DNA of 64,000 bases. Source: Psilocybe cubensis. Taxonomy: Eukaryota. This document shows positions 1 to 11,660 of this stretch, piece by piece. Every line of letters starts with the position of its first letter. The stretch's first letter is position 1. The notes beneath the pieces were generated by a model. The model saw only the letters and a list, made by a program, of their open reading frames with translations, searched no databases and was not told the origin of the DNA. The DNA lies in the NCBI GenBank assembly GCA_017499595.2, contig CM039005.1, positions 1,550,001-1,614,000 on the forward strand. The letters are read 5' to 3'. Made by a program: the position numbers and the translations under genes.

Positions 1-272
1 GTGGCGAGAGACGCGCGGGAGGAGACGAGGGGGGCGACGGGGAGGATTTTGACGGCGGCGAGTTGACCGGTGCGGCGGTGGCGGGCGATCTTGACGCGAC
101 CTGAGGCGCCCTTGCCGACGCACTCGCCGAGGATCCAGGGGCCGATGGACTTTGGGTCAGTGGGGAGGTCAAAGGCGGCAGCACCGCCTGCAGCGGCCTT
201 TTCCTTTGCCCAGCGAGTGCCGAGGGGAGCAGTGTACTTGATAGGAGGTGGGCGTGGGGGCGAGTCAGGCAT
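1..272 (-). CDS. 5' part of a Ser/Thr protein kinase, Nim1/Gin4/Hsl1-like (runs off the left edge)
   Basis: Not in the ORF track. Minus strand from the ATG at 272 reads MPDSPPRPPPIKYTAPLGTRWAKEKAAAGGAAAFDLPTDPKSIGPWILGECVGKGASGRVKIARHRRTGQLAAVKILP: glycine loop GKGASG plus the AVK lysine. The IGPW..G..GRV..A.H..TGQ.AAVK start is typical of Gin4/Hsl1 kinases. Confidence 0.85.
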   Translation of the reverse strand, partial: MPDSPPRPPPIKYTAPLGTRWAKEKAAAGGAAAFDLPTDPKSIGPWILGECVGKGASGRVKIARHRRTGQLAAVKILPVAPLVSSRASLA

Positions 273-421
273 AGTGGATAGGCTGTGAGCACGACCAGCG
301 GGCGATGATGGAGTAGGTGTAAGGAAGCCAGAAACAGCCAGCCGCATCTTATCTATGTAGTCGTGTGACGTGACAGGGTATATTCACCGTCACGGATATT
401 TTGCACTGTCTGCGCAAGTCT

Positions 422-3400
422 ATGCTGCACACTGTCCTGCGCTGTGGGCGACGCTCGCTGGTGCGGTGCGAGTCCTCGGTCGCCGCGCGCGACTATCCCA
501 TCAATGTGATTGAGAGACAGGATTCTCTGCGGAGACTCTGGGCGCTTGTCCACGAAGAGGGCAACATTCCCTCTGCCCAGCGGCTACTCGCAGACATCCT
601 TGCCTCCTCGGACGGACTGGATGCCTATCGCCACGTCTGCCGCACCATCACCCACAAGCCTCTGCTGCACCAGCTCGCCCTCACTGCTGCACAGAACGGC
701 CATGCCCGCTATGCCCGCGACGAGGTTCTGCCTCTCCTCGACCCCTCCGTCCGTCCAGAGCTCGACCAGCTGCTCTCAGCCGCAGAGTCCCGTCTCCGCC
801 CCAGCCCCGTCTTCGAGGACAGCGCTGCAGACTATCCCGCCCCCGCCCCGCCCCGCCCCTCCACCCTCGACATCATCCAGCAGTCTCTCCCCGCCCTCCT
901 CCCAGATCCCTCCACCGACGACGGCCCTCTCTTCGAAGACGCCGCCACCCCCGTCTTTGCCCCCCTCTCAGAGGCCGCCCATCTCACCAACACCTCCGTC
1001 GGCCTCCTCGACCGCACCCTCCTCTCCGGCCGCTACGAGGACGCCCACGCCCTGCTCGTCGACATGTACGATCTCGGCGTCCCCATCCCCCCGTCCCCCA
1101 AGTACGCCTACGTCGCCCTCGCCCTTCTCCAATCCACAGACCCCACCGCGCCCCTCACTCAACAGCAGTCAGACCGCATCGCCGCCTGGCTCGCCCTCAT
1201 CCCGCCCCTCCACCGCACAACCCGCCAGTCCGCGCCCCAGACCCAAACCGTCCTCTCCCTCCTCGACGCCCACTTCCTCCGCACAGTCGCAAACCCCGAC
1301 ACCCGCACCATCGCCCGCCTCCTCTCCGTCCTCGCCTCCCTCGGCTACATCGACAAATTTCAGCGTCTCGTCGACATCACCGTCCGCTCCCTCTCTCCCA
1401 CTCGCCTCCCCTTCTTTCTCAACGCCATCGACGCCGCCCTTGTCGTCTACACCACCAATGCCGGGTTAGACACAGACAAGCTCCCCCGCGCACGCAGCAT
1501 CTTCCGCAACCGCGTCGTCCGCACACTCGCCCTGGCCCGCCGCGCAGACGAAGCCGTCCCCCTCCTCGTCGATGTCGCACACGGCCTCTGGGTCCTCCAC
1601 AAACCCACCATCAAACTCCTCCACGACGTCGCCGCCCACGACATCTCCCTCGGCCACAAAGACGCCCCCATCCCACGCGTCCTCGAGCTGCTCGACCACG
1701 CCGCGCCAGCCACAACCACCCTCTCCCCCGCTGAACTCGACGCGCTAGAAGAACGCCGCCCCGCGGTGGAAGACGAAGTCGACTTCAACGGCTCCGTCGT
1801 CCTCGCCGCGCGCTACCTCCACGCGATGCTCCTCACCCGCACACGCGTGCCGCACTCCAAGAGCATCGCAGCGTTCATGGAGATGTACATCGCGCAGCAC
1901 GGCCGCACGCGTATCCTACACACCCTCTTCCGCCGCGCGCACCGCGGCTCAGGTCCCATCACCCTCCTCGACGGACCCAACCCCACCGCGAAAAGTAACC
2001 CCGCGGCAAGGATCACGGCGTCCACGTACGCGCTCGCGGAGATGCTGTTTTATCACCGCCACAGGCTGTACGAGCTCGTCGTCGAGACGTTCGTAGACCA
2101 CTTCTACCTCTTTGGTGTGGACCGCGCGCTCGTCATGGAGCGGTACACCGCGCACCTCGCGCGGCGCGCGTCAAACCCCGCAAAGTACCCCGCGCGAATA
2201 ACGTTCCCTGCACCACCACCACCCCGCACCTCCTCCTCCTCCGATTCCTACAGCCACTCCCACTCCCACTCAACCTCAACCACAAACGCAAGTGCAAGTG
2301 CAGGCACAGCGTACCTGCACACTCTATCCCCCTTTTCCAGCGCAAAGCTCTTCCCGGAGGACACGCACTGCACCCTGCTCTGGCATGCGCTCGTGCGTGT
2401 TACACCGCGCCCGCGGCGGAAGGACGTGTACATGGCCTTTCTACGCATTGCACAGGCGCACGTCGATATCGCTGCAGAGGGTGCAGAGAAGGCTAAGGAG
2501 AAGGCCAAGGCAGGGAAACTTGACGCCGTTCCCGCGCACGGCATCAAACAACCACAAAAGCACCCACAAAATCACTTACAAAAACAGCCCTCCAAACAAC
2601 CCTCCAAAGCACCTCCCGCACCACCACCACCACCACCACCCTCACACATCGCCCTCCCGCGCGCCCTCCTCTCCCTCCCGCCCTCACACACCCGCATAAC
2701 TTCAGCATCATTCACCCCCTTCCTCGAGCCGCTCCTCGAAGGGTACGGCGCCCGCGCGGGGTGGCGCGTCGTGCGCGACATGCTTGAGCTGGGTGTGAGT
2801 CCTGAGGTGTATGTGTGGACGGAGATGGGGAGGGTGTTGGCGAGGGATTCGGGGGTGGGGGTGGGGAGAGCGTCGAGGTGGGCGGTGCTGGAGGAGGGGG
2901 TGCGTGCTAGGAAGGAGCGGGAGCGGGAGCGGGATGGAATGACAGAGGGAGGGGAGGGGAGGGAGGGTGAGGAGCAGGGAGAGGGAGGAATGAGCGAGCG
3001 CGAGCGCGATGTGTGGGAGCTTATCGCGCGCCTTGAGGGTGCAGCTGCACATGGTGGCGAGTGGGTCCCGCTACGCACACACGGCCCGCGGCGTCCCCGC
3101 TACACCACCACCACCACCACCACTTCCTCTTCCACTCCCAACACCCCTCCTAATTCCACATCTGCATCTGATTCCACCACCACCACCACCAGCAGCGGGG
3201 AACACCCACCCGCACACGCACACGCACAAGGCCAAGGCCACTGGCTGACCTACCCACCCCCGGACCTCCCATTCTACACCGCCATCCTGCGCGGCTTCAT
3301 CATGGCGAGGAATACGCGCGCCGCGGCGCGCGTCGTTGCGCATGTGCGTGGGCGGTTCGCTGAGGTTGGGGAGGGTGCTGAGGGTGCAGGTGATAAAGAT

Positions 3401-3769
3401 GCTGAAGGACAGGGACAGCGACAGCGACCAGGACAAGGACAGGCACAGGGGGGAAAGCCACCTCCAGGACGAGAGATGACGCCCAAAGAAAAAATGCTGA
3501 AGCGGCGGAGCGAGGCGCTTTATTTGGAGGCTGTGAGGGATTTGGAGGTGTTGGTGGAGGGGATGGGGAAAAGTGGGGGTGGGGAGGCGGGGGTGGGGGT
3601 GGGATCAGGGAATAGGAGAGTGGAGGATGTTAGGGCGATGGGTATGGGAATGGGGACGAGTGAGCGCGGTCGTGGGGCCGACGATGCAGAGGCTGAGGCT
3701 GAGGAAGGGTACGTCGATGGGGACGGAAGGTGGAAGCGCGTCGTAAGTCCTCCCCTTCCCGTCATTTAA
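422..3769 (+). CDS. Intronless putative mitochondrial PPR-like helical-repeat protein with low-complexity insertions
   Basis: 1122-aa ORF, first ATG at 422 (MLHTVLRCGRRSLVRC, Arg-rich, presequence-like). PPR-like segments GRYEDAHALLVDMYDLGV, SPEVYVWTEMGRVLAR and PDLPFYTAILRGFIMARN are separated by poly-P/T/S/G/E tracts. Confidence 0.65.
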   Translation: MLHTVLRCGRRSLVRCESSVAARDYPINVIERQDSLRRLWALVHEEGNIPSAQRLLADILASSDGLDAYRHVCRTITHKPLLHQLALTAAQNGHARYARDEVLPLLDPSVRPELDQLLSAAESRLRPSPVFEDSAADYPAPAPPRPSTLDIIQQSLPALLPDPSTDDGPLFEDAATPVFAPLSEAAHLTNTSVGLLDRTLLSGRYEDAHALLVDMYDLGVPIPPSPKYAYVALALLQSTDPTAPLTQQQSDRIAAWLALIPPLHRTTRQSAPQTQTVLSLLDAHFLRTVANPDTRTIARLLSVLASLGYIDKFQRLVDITVRSLSPTRLPFFLNAIDAALVVYTTNAGLDTDKLPRARSIFRNRVVRTLALARRADEAVPLLVDVAHGLWVLHKPTIKLLHDVAAHDISLGHKDAPIPRVLELLDHAAPATTTLSPAELDALEERRPAVEDEVDFNGSVVLAARYLHAMLLTRTRVPHSKSIAAFMEMYIAQHGRTRILHTLFRRAHRGSGPITLLDGPNPTAKSNPAARITASTYALAEMLFYHRHRLYELVVETFVDHFYLFGVDRALVMERYTAHLARRASNPAKYPARITFPAPPPPRTSSSSDSYSHSHSHSTSTTNASASAGTAYLHTLSPFSSAKLFPEDTHCTLLWHALVRVTPRPRRKDVYMAFLRIAQAHVDIAAEGAEKAKEKAKAGKLDAVPAHGIKQPQKHPQNHLQKQPSKQPSKAPPAPPPPPPPSHIALPRALLSLPPSHTRITSASFTPFLEPLLEGYGARAGWRVVRDMLELGVSPEVYVWTEMGRVLARDSGVGVGRASRWAVLEEGVRARKERERERDGMTEGGEGREGEEQGEGGMSERERDVWELIARLEGAAAHGGEWVPLRTHGPRRPRYTTTTTTTSSSTPNTPPNSTSASDSTTTTTSSGEHPPAHAHAQGQGHWLTYPPPDLPFYTAILRGFIMARNTRAAARVVAHVRGRFAEVGEGAEGAGDKDAEGQGQRQRPGQGQAQGGKPPPGREMTPKEKMLKRRSEALYLEAVRDLEVLVEGMGKSGGGEAGVGVGSGNRRVEDVRAMGMGMGTSERGRGADDAEAEAEEGYVDGDGRWKRVVSPPLPVI

Positions 3770-3946
3770 CTCGCATTTTGTTTTCTACGACGTGCTAACC
3801 ACCCTCTCCCCCTTTTCTTTCTGATGTACAGAGTGATCCAGGGTTCGATACAGTCGAGCGCGAGATATAATTTTCTGAATCCCACATCGACAAATTCCGA
3901 TTACGGGTTTTATCGCTGGCACTGCACCTGTACCTGTAACAGCAAT

Positions 3947-3950
<4 letters not shown>

Positions 3951-3979
<29 letters not shown>
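3951..3979. repeat. (CA)n microsatellite, followed by a short (ACG)n tract near 4006-4020
   Basis: Seen directly. Confidence 0.95.
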
Positions 3980-3981
<2 letters not shown>

Positions 3982-5074
3982 AGGGAGAGTGAGAGGACAC
4001 AGCAACGACGACGACGACGACCACACGCGTTCTATGCAGCTCACTCTGAATCTACCCAGAGTTAGACTTATCACAGCCCTGTCAAGCAGTGGAGTGTATG
4101 AGTGTACGAGTGTGATATGCTGAACGGCGAGACTGATTGGACGGACGGGATATGGTGGATTTGGTGCATAGGCACATGGGCACACGGGCACATGGGCGCT
4201 TGTTTCAGCGCTTGTTTAGCCGTGGGCGTGTGCATGTATGGGGGCGTGGGTATGAATACGTGTATTAAGCGACTGTGAGGTGAGGCGAGGTGAAGCGAGG
4301 AAGACAGAAAAGGGAATTATTCTCATTGACATAAAAGATAGGAGGTAGAAGGTAGAAGATAAAAGTAGTTAACCTTGGAAAGTTAGATACCTACTGAGTA
4401 GATTGATGTGCTTACTATACCAGTACTAATACTATACTATACTATACTTGCTTTCGTATCAGTTTATAATTGGCCTCAGGCGCATGGTTGTTATTATTAT
4501 CGTTATACTTAGTATGAAGCTTGATCAGATCAGATCAAGTCGGATTATGTTAGTAACTGGGCAGGGGACGAAGAGTGGCGGGCTAACTCATAACTGACGA
4601 GTAACGAATAACGAGTTTAAATACGTGGCGTGTCGTTAAGGGTGAAGGAGAGGGAAAGGGAGGGGGAGGGGGAGGGGGAGAGATGCCTCTGCGTACGTAT
4701 TGCACTTCTACTATCCCGCCTATGTATGAATAATCTCTCTCTGAATGCCGTGCAGGGAGTCAGCAGAAGCTGCACGACTCACAACGCACGACTCACGACG
4801 TCGGTTACCTTAGACTGGCCTACACGCCTGATGAGAGTGATGCGGTGTTCAGAGCCAAAGGGACGATTGACGATGGTCAACATAAAATGGATGGCTGGCA
4901 TTGTCAATTTGGGTTTTATTTTTTGGTGCAAAGGGATATAAAATTACTTTAGGAGTTGATTGTTAAACAGGGATGACAGTGGAAACGCAGAACAGCAACT
5001 CTCACACCGTTGGTTGAAGCTCACGTTCAAATTCGTATATTACAGTACATATTTGTTGTTAAAACAAAATAAGA

Positions 5075-6868
5075 TTACTCCAGCTGACATCCGAGAACCT
5101 GTGGTTTTTCTCCGACCTTTTTCATATCATTCGCAAATACACATGGATATTCCAAAAAGATATGTTCGATTGTGGCGAGTCGGGCTGACCTCCCAGTCCC
5201 AAACTTCTCCGCCCCAACACGGCCCATAGCAAAGGCATGTTTCGCGTCTGGTCCAAGGGAGCACTCCAACGCACTTCCAACCCGTTCAATCTCATCTTCA
5301 CCCCCAGGAAGCACGAACGGGAACTGCTCGTGCTGAGAAAAGAAGTGAGAGACCAAATGCGAGATATTGGTGCATTCGATGGCCAGCGCGCATTCGTCGA
5401 CTTGGCCACAGCGATGGTGGGCGGGTAGTAGACCCTGCTGGCTCTCCAACAGGCGTAATCTGAAGTCTTCGATGGTGCCTTGGCATGACATGCCGATTAT
5501 AATGGTATGTGGGGTCTTGTTCCATGGTGCAGATGCGATTTGGTCGACGGTGAGCACTTCGATGTCGAACCATTGAACGTCGCCGAGGGCCGAATAATCT
5601 TTTGCAGTCATATCAGCCGCTGGGTTGGGCACAATGCGGCAGTACAAGTTCCGATACCCTAGACAAACAAGTTGAAAATAGTTGGACACACAACACAGTG
5701 TGGGAGCCTTACCCCCGTGAGAACAGAAGTGCTGCACCATCATCAAGATGGGTATCCTCGACTTCAACCACGCCTCCCGAACAACCAGGAAAGAAGCATA
5801 TGCGGCAACACACGTAATCTTTCGATCGTTTGTCGCAAAGAAGCTATCTGGGAAGCTACAAAAAAAAGCGCATCAGCACACTTGTTACACGTCAGGGGCC
5901 AGGGCGATGCAAAAAAAGTCTAATACCATCTCCACGAGCCGCTCCCGGTGATGGCGGCTTTCCGCACCCAATCTGCCGTCACTCTAGATACGTATATCTG
6001 CATGGCCTCCGTCTGCCGATTCGTCTTTGAAAGGGACTGGATGTGGAAGTCGATTCGGCGCTTATTGCAGACGTTCAGGTCGTCCAGCTCTCTTGCGTTT
6101 CTCTCGTACATGAGCGGGAGGTCTACGCGGACTTTGACTCGAGCTGGCGGGCCTGCTTCAATGCTTGCGAATCGAAATTCGGACAGCATGTTGCACATCG
6201 TAAGTAGCCGAGAAACAAAGACGATGTCGTCTGGTTTCCATTCTGTATCGACTACTATGTCCCGATGTCGATGACCGGATCGAGCACCGCCTCTGAGGGC
6301 CGCTGAAAAGTTGTGGATGTGAGTGGTGGCCGTCAAAAATTAGAAAAGAGAACATGCCTTGAGACTCTGCACCATCATGACACGGCTTGATACACTCTTC
6401 AGGATCCTTTGTAGAGAGATCCAGAAAAGAGAGAAAGCCGATACGCTTCCAAACAGCCTGGTGAGTAGTGAGTGTCATCAGACTAGGGCTGCGTGGCTTT
6501 GCGCGGTTCAGCTCTATCTCTTCAAGGAGTTTAACGGTGTTCGACTTGACGGATTTGAGGACCGTGATGGCGTTGGCAAGGGCGCGTTTGTTTTCTTCTA
6601 CCTTGTACAAGCTGAAAAGATCCCAGAACATTTGTGCGCGCGTTTGGCACGCGCAGTCTCCAACGTGCGCATCGAATGCAGAGAAAGAGAACGTCGGAGG
6701 AGGAGAACAGTCGTCAAGTCTAAGACTCTCATATGTTACTGCCTCCAAGAAAATGGACATGGCGCGCTCCATGGAATGGATGACATGAAGGCAGTGAAGA
6801 ACAGTCTTTCCAATGTCGCCATAGCGCAGACTAGTACTCGGGTCAGAAAGGAGTAGGGGGAGTACCAT
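5075..6868 (-). CDS. Spliced hypothetical protein of unknown family (5' end uncertain, may extend to ~7070-7270)
   Basis: ORFs 6158..6868, 5920..6336 and 5075..5767 join in frame through introns at 6357-6303 (GC-AG), 5926-5856 (GT-AG) and probably 5712-5659 (GT-AG, in frame). No domain recognised. Confidence 0.55.
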
Positions 6869-7454
6869 GTTGATACTTTCAAAACGTTACAAAAGGGCGG
6901 ACACTTTTATAAATCATATACGTGCTGCGTCCAGCGCACAGCTGATGATGGCAAAGGTTGAAAAACGGACTTTACTCACGCCCCAGATCGGAGTCAGGGT
7001 CAATCTCGAAGGTGCAGAATCTGATCATGACCGCTTTGTGGATGACATGGTGTATGAGAGAGCCGATTAAGTATTCGGAGGATGATTATTTGAAGTTTCT
7101 TCGATTTTTACGATGACTTAGTTTCGACACTTATTAGTGTATCCGAACCTAGTCGTTGGAGTCATGCTCGACGAGTAGACTGGTTCTTGAATAGCGCCAC
7201 AGTTACGTGAATCGATTGATATCCCTCGTACGAGAACAGAAGAAGTCGGGATAGGTGGGAGCGGGCAATGATCATAGATGGGATGTGAATTGGGGGGTGA
7301 CAGTCGACGTCTGTACGTGCTGGCCCCAATGGATAGGTGCGAAGACTCAGGACTGGGGAATGTGCAACAAATCGCAGGCAATGTAACATAATATAAAATT
7401 AGATTATTAGCTCATGCTTACACTACTATATATACAGACAAAATAATGTATGGT

Positions 7455-8085
7455 GAGGACAGGTGGTTTGCGAAAAAAAAAGGCGCGGACTGTCCGCCAG
7501 ACTGTCTGCCGGACTGTCCGCCGGACTTATAGGCCTTACAGTGAGCCAGCGTGACCTGGGTTAGTGACAGCCGTGCTCACTGTGTTCCACAGCGACCACT
7601 GGCAGTGCCCCTCCCCAACAACTACCACCCTCCACCTCCAAGCTGACCTTGAGGATGGTCACCATTGTTTCAGCTTTGTAGATTTTTGCTCTTTATATTA
7701 CAATTTTTTTCCTATAGAAGTACATACTGTCTCTGTCTCAATGACTGCGTTGGTGTAGTAAATGAAGCGCCCGAATAACAGCTTGCTTGACGTTGATGTT
7801 GAGCCAGCCAATATTCAAAAAAAGCCGCAATGTGCCAAACAAATTCTCACGCGTTATGCAGCAGTTTAAATGTGCTACCAACAATGCGTGCGCTGTGTAG
7901 CGCATCAGACGGTGGGGCATTGTTGGGAAATGAGCTCGCTGTCTAGGGCAGTGACCATGCAAGTGAATCCCCCGACGTGGCCTGGAGGTCACACTATGGT
8001 CACAAATACCCACCATATACCCAGTGTCCGGCGGACAGTCCGCCAGACAGTCCGCGCAAAAAAATCTCGTGGACGAACCTTTCTG
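7455..8085. mobile_element. 631-bp non-autonomous DNA transposon (MITE-like) with subterminal inverted repeat arrays and an 8-bp TSD
   Basis: Direct repeat TGTATGGT at 7447-7454 and 8086-8093. Inverted arrays of a GGACTGTCCGCC-like unit at 7483-7526 and 8026-8057 each lie exactly 28 nt from the TSD. No coding capacity. Confidence 0.75.
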
Positions 8086-9224
8086 TGTATGGTAGTCGAA
8101 ACGTGGTAAGTGTTTGGTAAGGATTTAAGTTGAAGTACATTGATTAAAGACTATCAATTACAAATTCATATATATAGGTTGGGCGATCGTTAACGCTCGG
8201 CCGTAAATAGTCACAGCGGCGCTCATTCGAAAGTTAATTTCTGAGTAACTTACCAGATATCCATGACCACATATTCTCAATGAATGTTGACCTTACACTT
8301 AAGCCATAGGTCCAGATCCCGCAACACAATTCCCGTCATAAACTTACAAGGATGGAACACCCTCACAATTTAAATGCTCACAGTTACAATAGTTGGGTGC
8401 TTCGAACAACCACGTCTCCCCAGTAGACTATCCAGTTACAGACAGAGGGAGTAATTTACTACCCGCCGCACCAGCTTCCGTGCGAGAGCTAAAGAACATG
8501 CGTGTCCGATAGTGCCAAAAATCGCTATTGAATCGAAGCGAATTAAAGAATTTTGGCATCTTCTGGATTGGATTACACCAAGCCCTCTCTGGAGCGCCAG
8601 TTGCATCGTGGTCCACAGGGCCCAGGCGCATTATACAACCACTAATAGAAATTTCTACTAGTTAGGTGTAGAAGCAATAAAATCCATGGTCCGACGCGAA
8701 TTTGATGTTAATGTGGCGTCGTAGCGAGTTGACGAGTTGACAGAGCGGCGAGCAGCAACTGGTCCGGTATAATGCTCTTCGGGTGGAATTCTGGGGCGAC
8801 TCACTCGCGAAACTCTTGCCCGCTCCGACATCACCATTAGGTACCAAAAATTTATGCGACCCTGACCTCTTCGCTACTAGTATAATTACTGTTGCGGGAC
8901 TACGGATAGTATCCGTATTACCGGAATTTTCATACAGTACTGGCTTTAGATACTGAGATATATCACGTATGCTATTCTCACTCTTACAGAGGCCAGACAA
9001 TAACACTGCCAAAAAATCAAGGTAACAATAATAGTACGGTGATTTAGATAGAACCTTCAACTATTATGACTCCGAGCACTCCACCTCAAGCTATTTTGTA
9101 GCGTTCAAAGCGGTCTCACGCAGCGCATATCGCGTCAGCGTTCGAGATGGTAGGAACATCGATATGCATGTCTTCGGATTGAGAAATTACATATTCTTTA
9201 TCTACATTGATGAACTAGACCTCT

Positions 9225-11660
9225 TCATGACAATTCCCTTGTACGTTGCAGCATCTCAGCCGCATCTGCAAAACGGGGTGTTACTATCACCTCAAAAGGA
9301 AGCGGGCGTCTGCATATGAGATGTTAGAAGTTCGTCTGAAATGACGCGAGGAATCAGAGTGACTTGCGTTTTCACACCGTCGACAATTGTGGCCGTCAAA
9401 TCGGGGATAATGGGGCATCCAGTTGTTTTATCCACCACGGCGGAAAGTTTGACTGCCCATAACAGCCGGGCGATGAAGATGAAGATAATGTCATTGGATA
9501 GGTGCCGGGCAGGGCACATGCTGTAGTGATCAAATTAGTAGATTACCTCTTGTACATGTAGGATAAGACATTCACCGCTGTCCAAAACCCTTAAAACAAT
9601 ATTCGTGAGGCAGGAATTGACGTATCAGATAGATATGCTTACATATGATGAGTGTCCTGTATCGAGCTGTTAGTGTTCTGTTTATGATTCAAAATGTTGA
9701 AGTCACTGCTCACCTTCTAAAATGACAGAAAAGTGAGATATTATAATGTTGAGCACTATTGACTGAAGGCCCCGGATTGAAACAAAGCGTACCATCTTTT
9801 GTGTCACTGATTGAAGGCTTAAGTTTCCCTTCACTGTCAATAAACCTATCTGGATTAAACTCCTCGACATCATCACCCTGAGGGGGAAATTGAGACATTG
9901 ATACTGAGGCATTGATCAACAAGGCAATCGACTCACGTATACCTCCCGGTTGCGGTTCATCAACCTGCACGGAGCGTCACTGTATGTATGTATAATTTTA
10001 TGTTAAAACTTACCACAAGTTTGCAAGACACATGGTACCCTTCGGAATGAAATATCCCTGGTACCAATCATCCTTAAGTTGAGGTAAGCTGACGAGGCTC
10101 TGGTAAACAACGAAATTATCGACGTACCTCCTTGGAAACATGCTCGGTACCTAGTCGAACAGTATCACAATCAACATGGGTGTGCGTTGTTTTAAGGCGA
10201 AAGCTTACCGAGAGGAGAAATGGCCTTCCACCTCAACAACTCCCTGGCGGTTGCTCGAATATACGGAAGATTGTCCCTATCCTCAAATGTTGGCATCCTT
10301 GAGTGGCCGACAATGGCGTCAAGCTCTTCCTGGCACTTTTGCTGCTTTTCGGGGTGCGCGATCAATGCAAGGAACAACCAAAGCAATGCTTCATTGTTCT
10401 ACATGGACAGTCAATGGCGGCCTAATGAAAGTGGTATTGATGACCCACCGATCCAAACCCGGCCACACTAACATGAAACAACATGTTTAGAAAGCGAGCG
10501 CGTAACGCAATGAGATAACGTACACGGTCGCCGCGAGCCATGCCGACTCAGTGTCACTCAACCCAAGTTTGTCTTTCTCGCGAATGAGAAACGGGGCAAA
10601 CGCAGAGCTTTCCTGCTCCCCATGCTGCCAAGAAGGTTACGGTTAGGTTTTGTCCATGGTCAGAGCAGATTCACGTGCCATGCGACTCTTTACGTCTTGC
10701 ATGAGCTCCCCGAAAAATGAGGATAGCTCGAGGAAGCGATGTTGCGCCTTTGTTTTCCACGGAGTTAAGAACGACGGAAGGTACTGCAACCACGGTGAGT
10801 ATTCAATGAGGCCGGGCGTTACAGCGCTGATCAGAATCTCGTGGAAGTCATTAAATTTAGAAACAAGGGGATCATTTATTGACTCCCTAGGCGGCAGATC
10901 GTATACTGCAGTGAGCATTCCAGAGGCGGCCGTTCTTTTGGTGACGATATCGTGAGCCCAGCTCTCAGCGGTTTCATTTTACGTACCGTGCTACTTCTTG
11001 GTTCCACTTTGAGGAATCGCAAAGGAGATTCTGCGTGAATATTAAAGCCTCTCTCTCCTGGACATGATAATATCGTGTGACTCCTGTCTTGCTCAGGCAC
11101 TCATGGCTCGCCCGACGCATCTTTCTCCACCTACATATATTGTTAAAAAGACGGATATTTCGGGTTTGAGTGCTGCTTACATGTCACCAACGTTGACCAT
11201 GCCGAACGATAGTCCACGAGTCAAGTATTCGTTCACTAAAGTTGAAAGCGGTTGAGCCATTGTATCATACTTGGTGTAGAAAACTTACTAATAAATGTCT
11301 GACGGTCGCTATAGTTGCTTCCTCGACGGTCAAGAAGGTCAACGGCTGCTGGGTGAGAGTTCAAAACCATTATGCCTTTTCCGTAGCTCTTGATATACAG
11401 TATATCACCTAGTTGCATTAGAAAGCGTGTTTTTGCAAGGCAAATTTGCAAACAATATGCTTACCATAATTTTTCCCCCATTCTGCAAAGTCTTTCCACG
11501 GAGTGCTGGATAGTCGAGGTCCAAAGAATGGTAATCCTATTGGCCCAGGTGGATGATTGCCTCTGGACCCCTTAGCTAGGCTGGAATATGCGTAAGAGAC
11601 AACCAGTATGCCAGCAGTTGCTGCGAAAGTGAGCGGAGAGATGTCATTAACAGAAAACAT
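9225..11660 (-). CDS. Cytochrome P450, basidiomycete CYP64/CYP5144-like group, multi-exon (CYP-A)
   Basis: N-terminal TM then PPGPIGLP; WRKMR; ExxR (ELLR); PDRF; heme motif SYGFGQRMCPARH assembled from micro-exons; stop TGA at 9227-9225. Confidence 0.92.

Noticed and set aside
510-3765. Many overlapping and antisense ORFs, including the 319-aa S/P/T-rich ORF 510..1469
   Set aside because: Shadow frames of the GC-rich, skewed main ORF.
7421-8097. CACTA-type termini for element 1 (CACTAC at 7421, GTAGTC at 8092-8097)
   Set aside because: Right end mismatched and no TSD; the 8-bp TSD boundaries are symmetric and match element 2.
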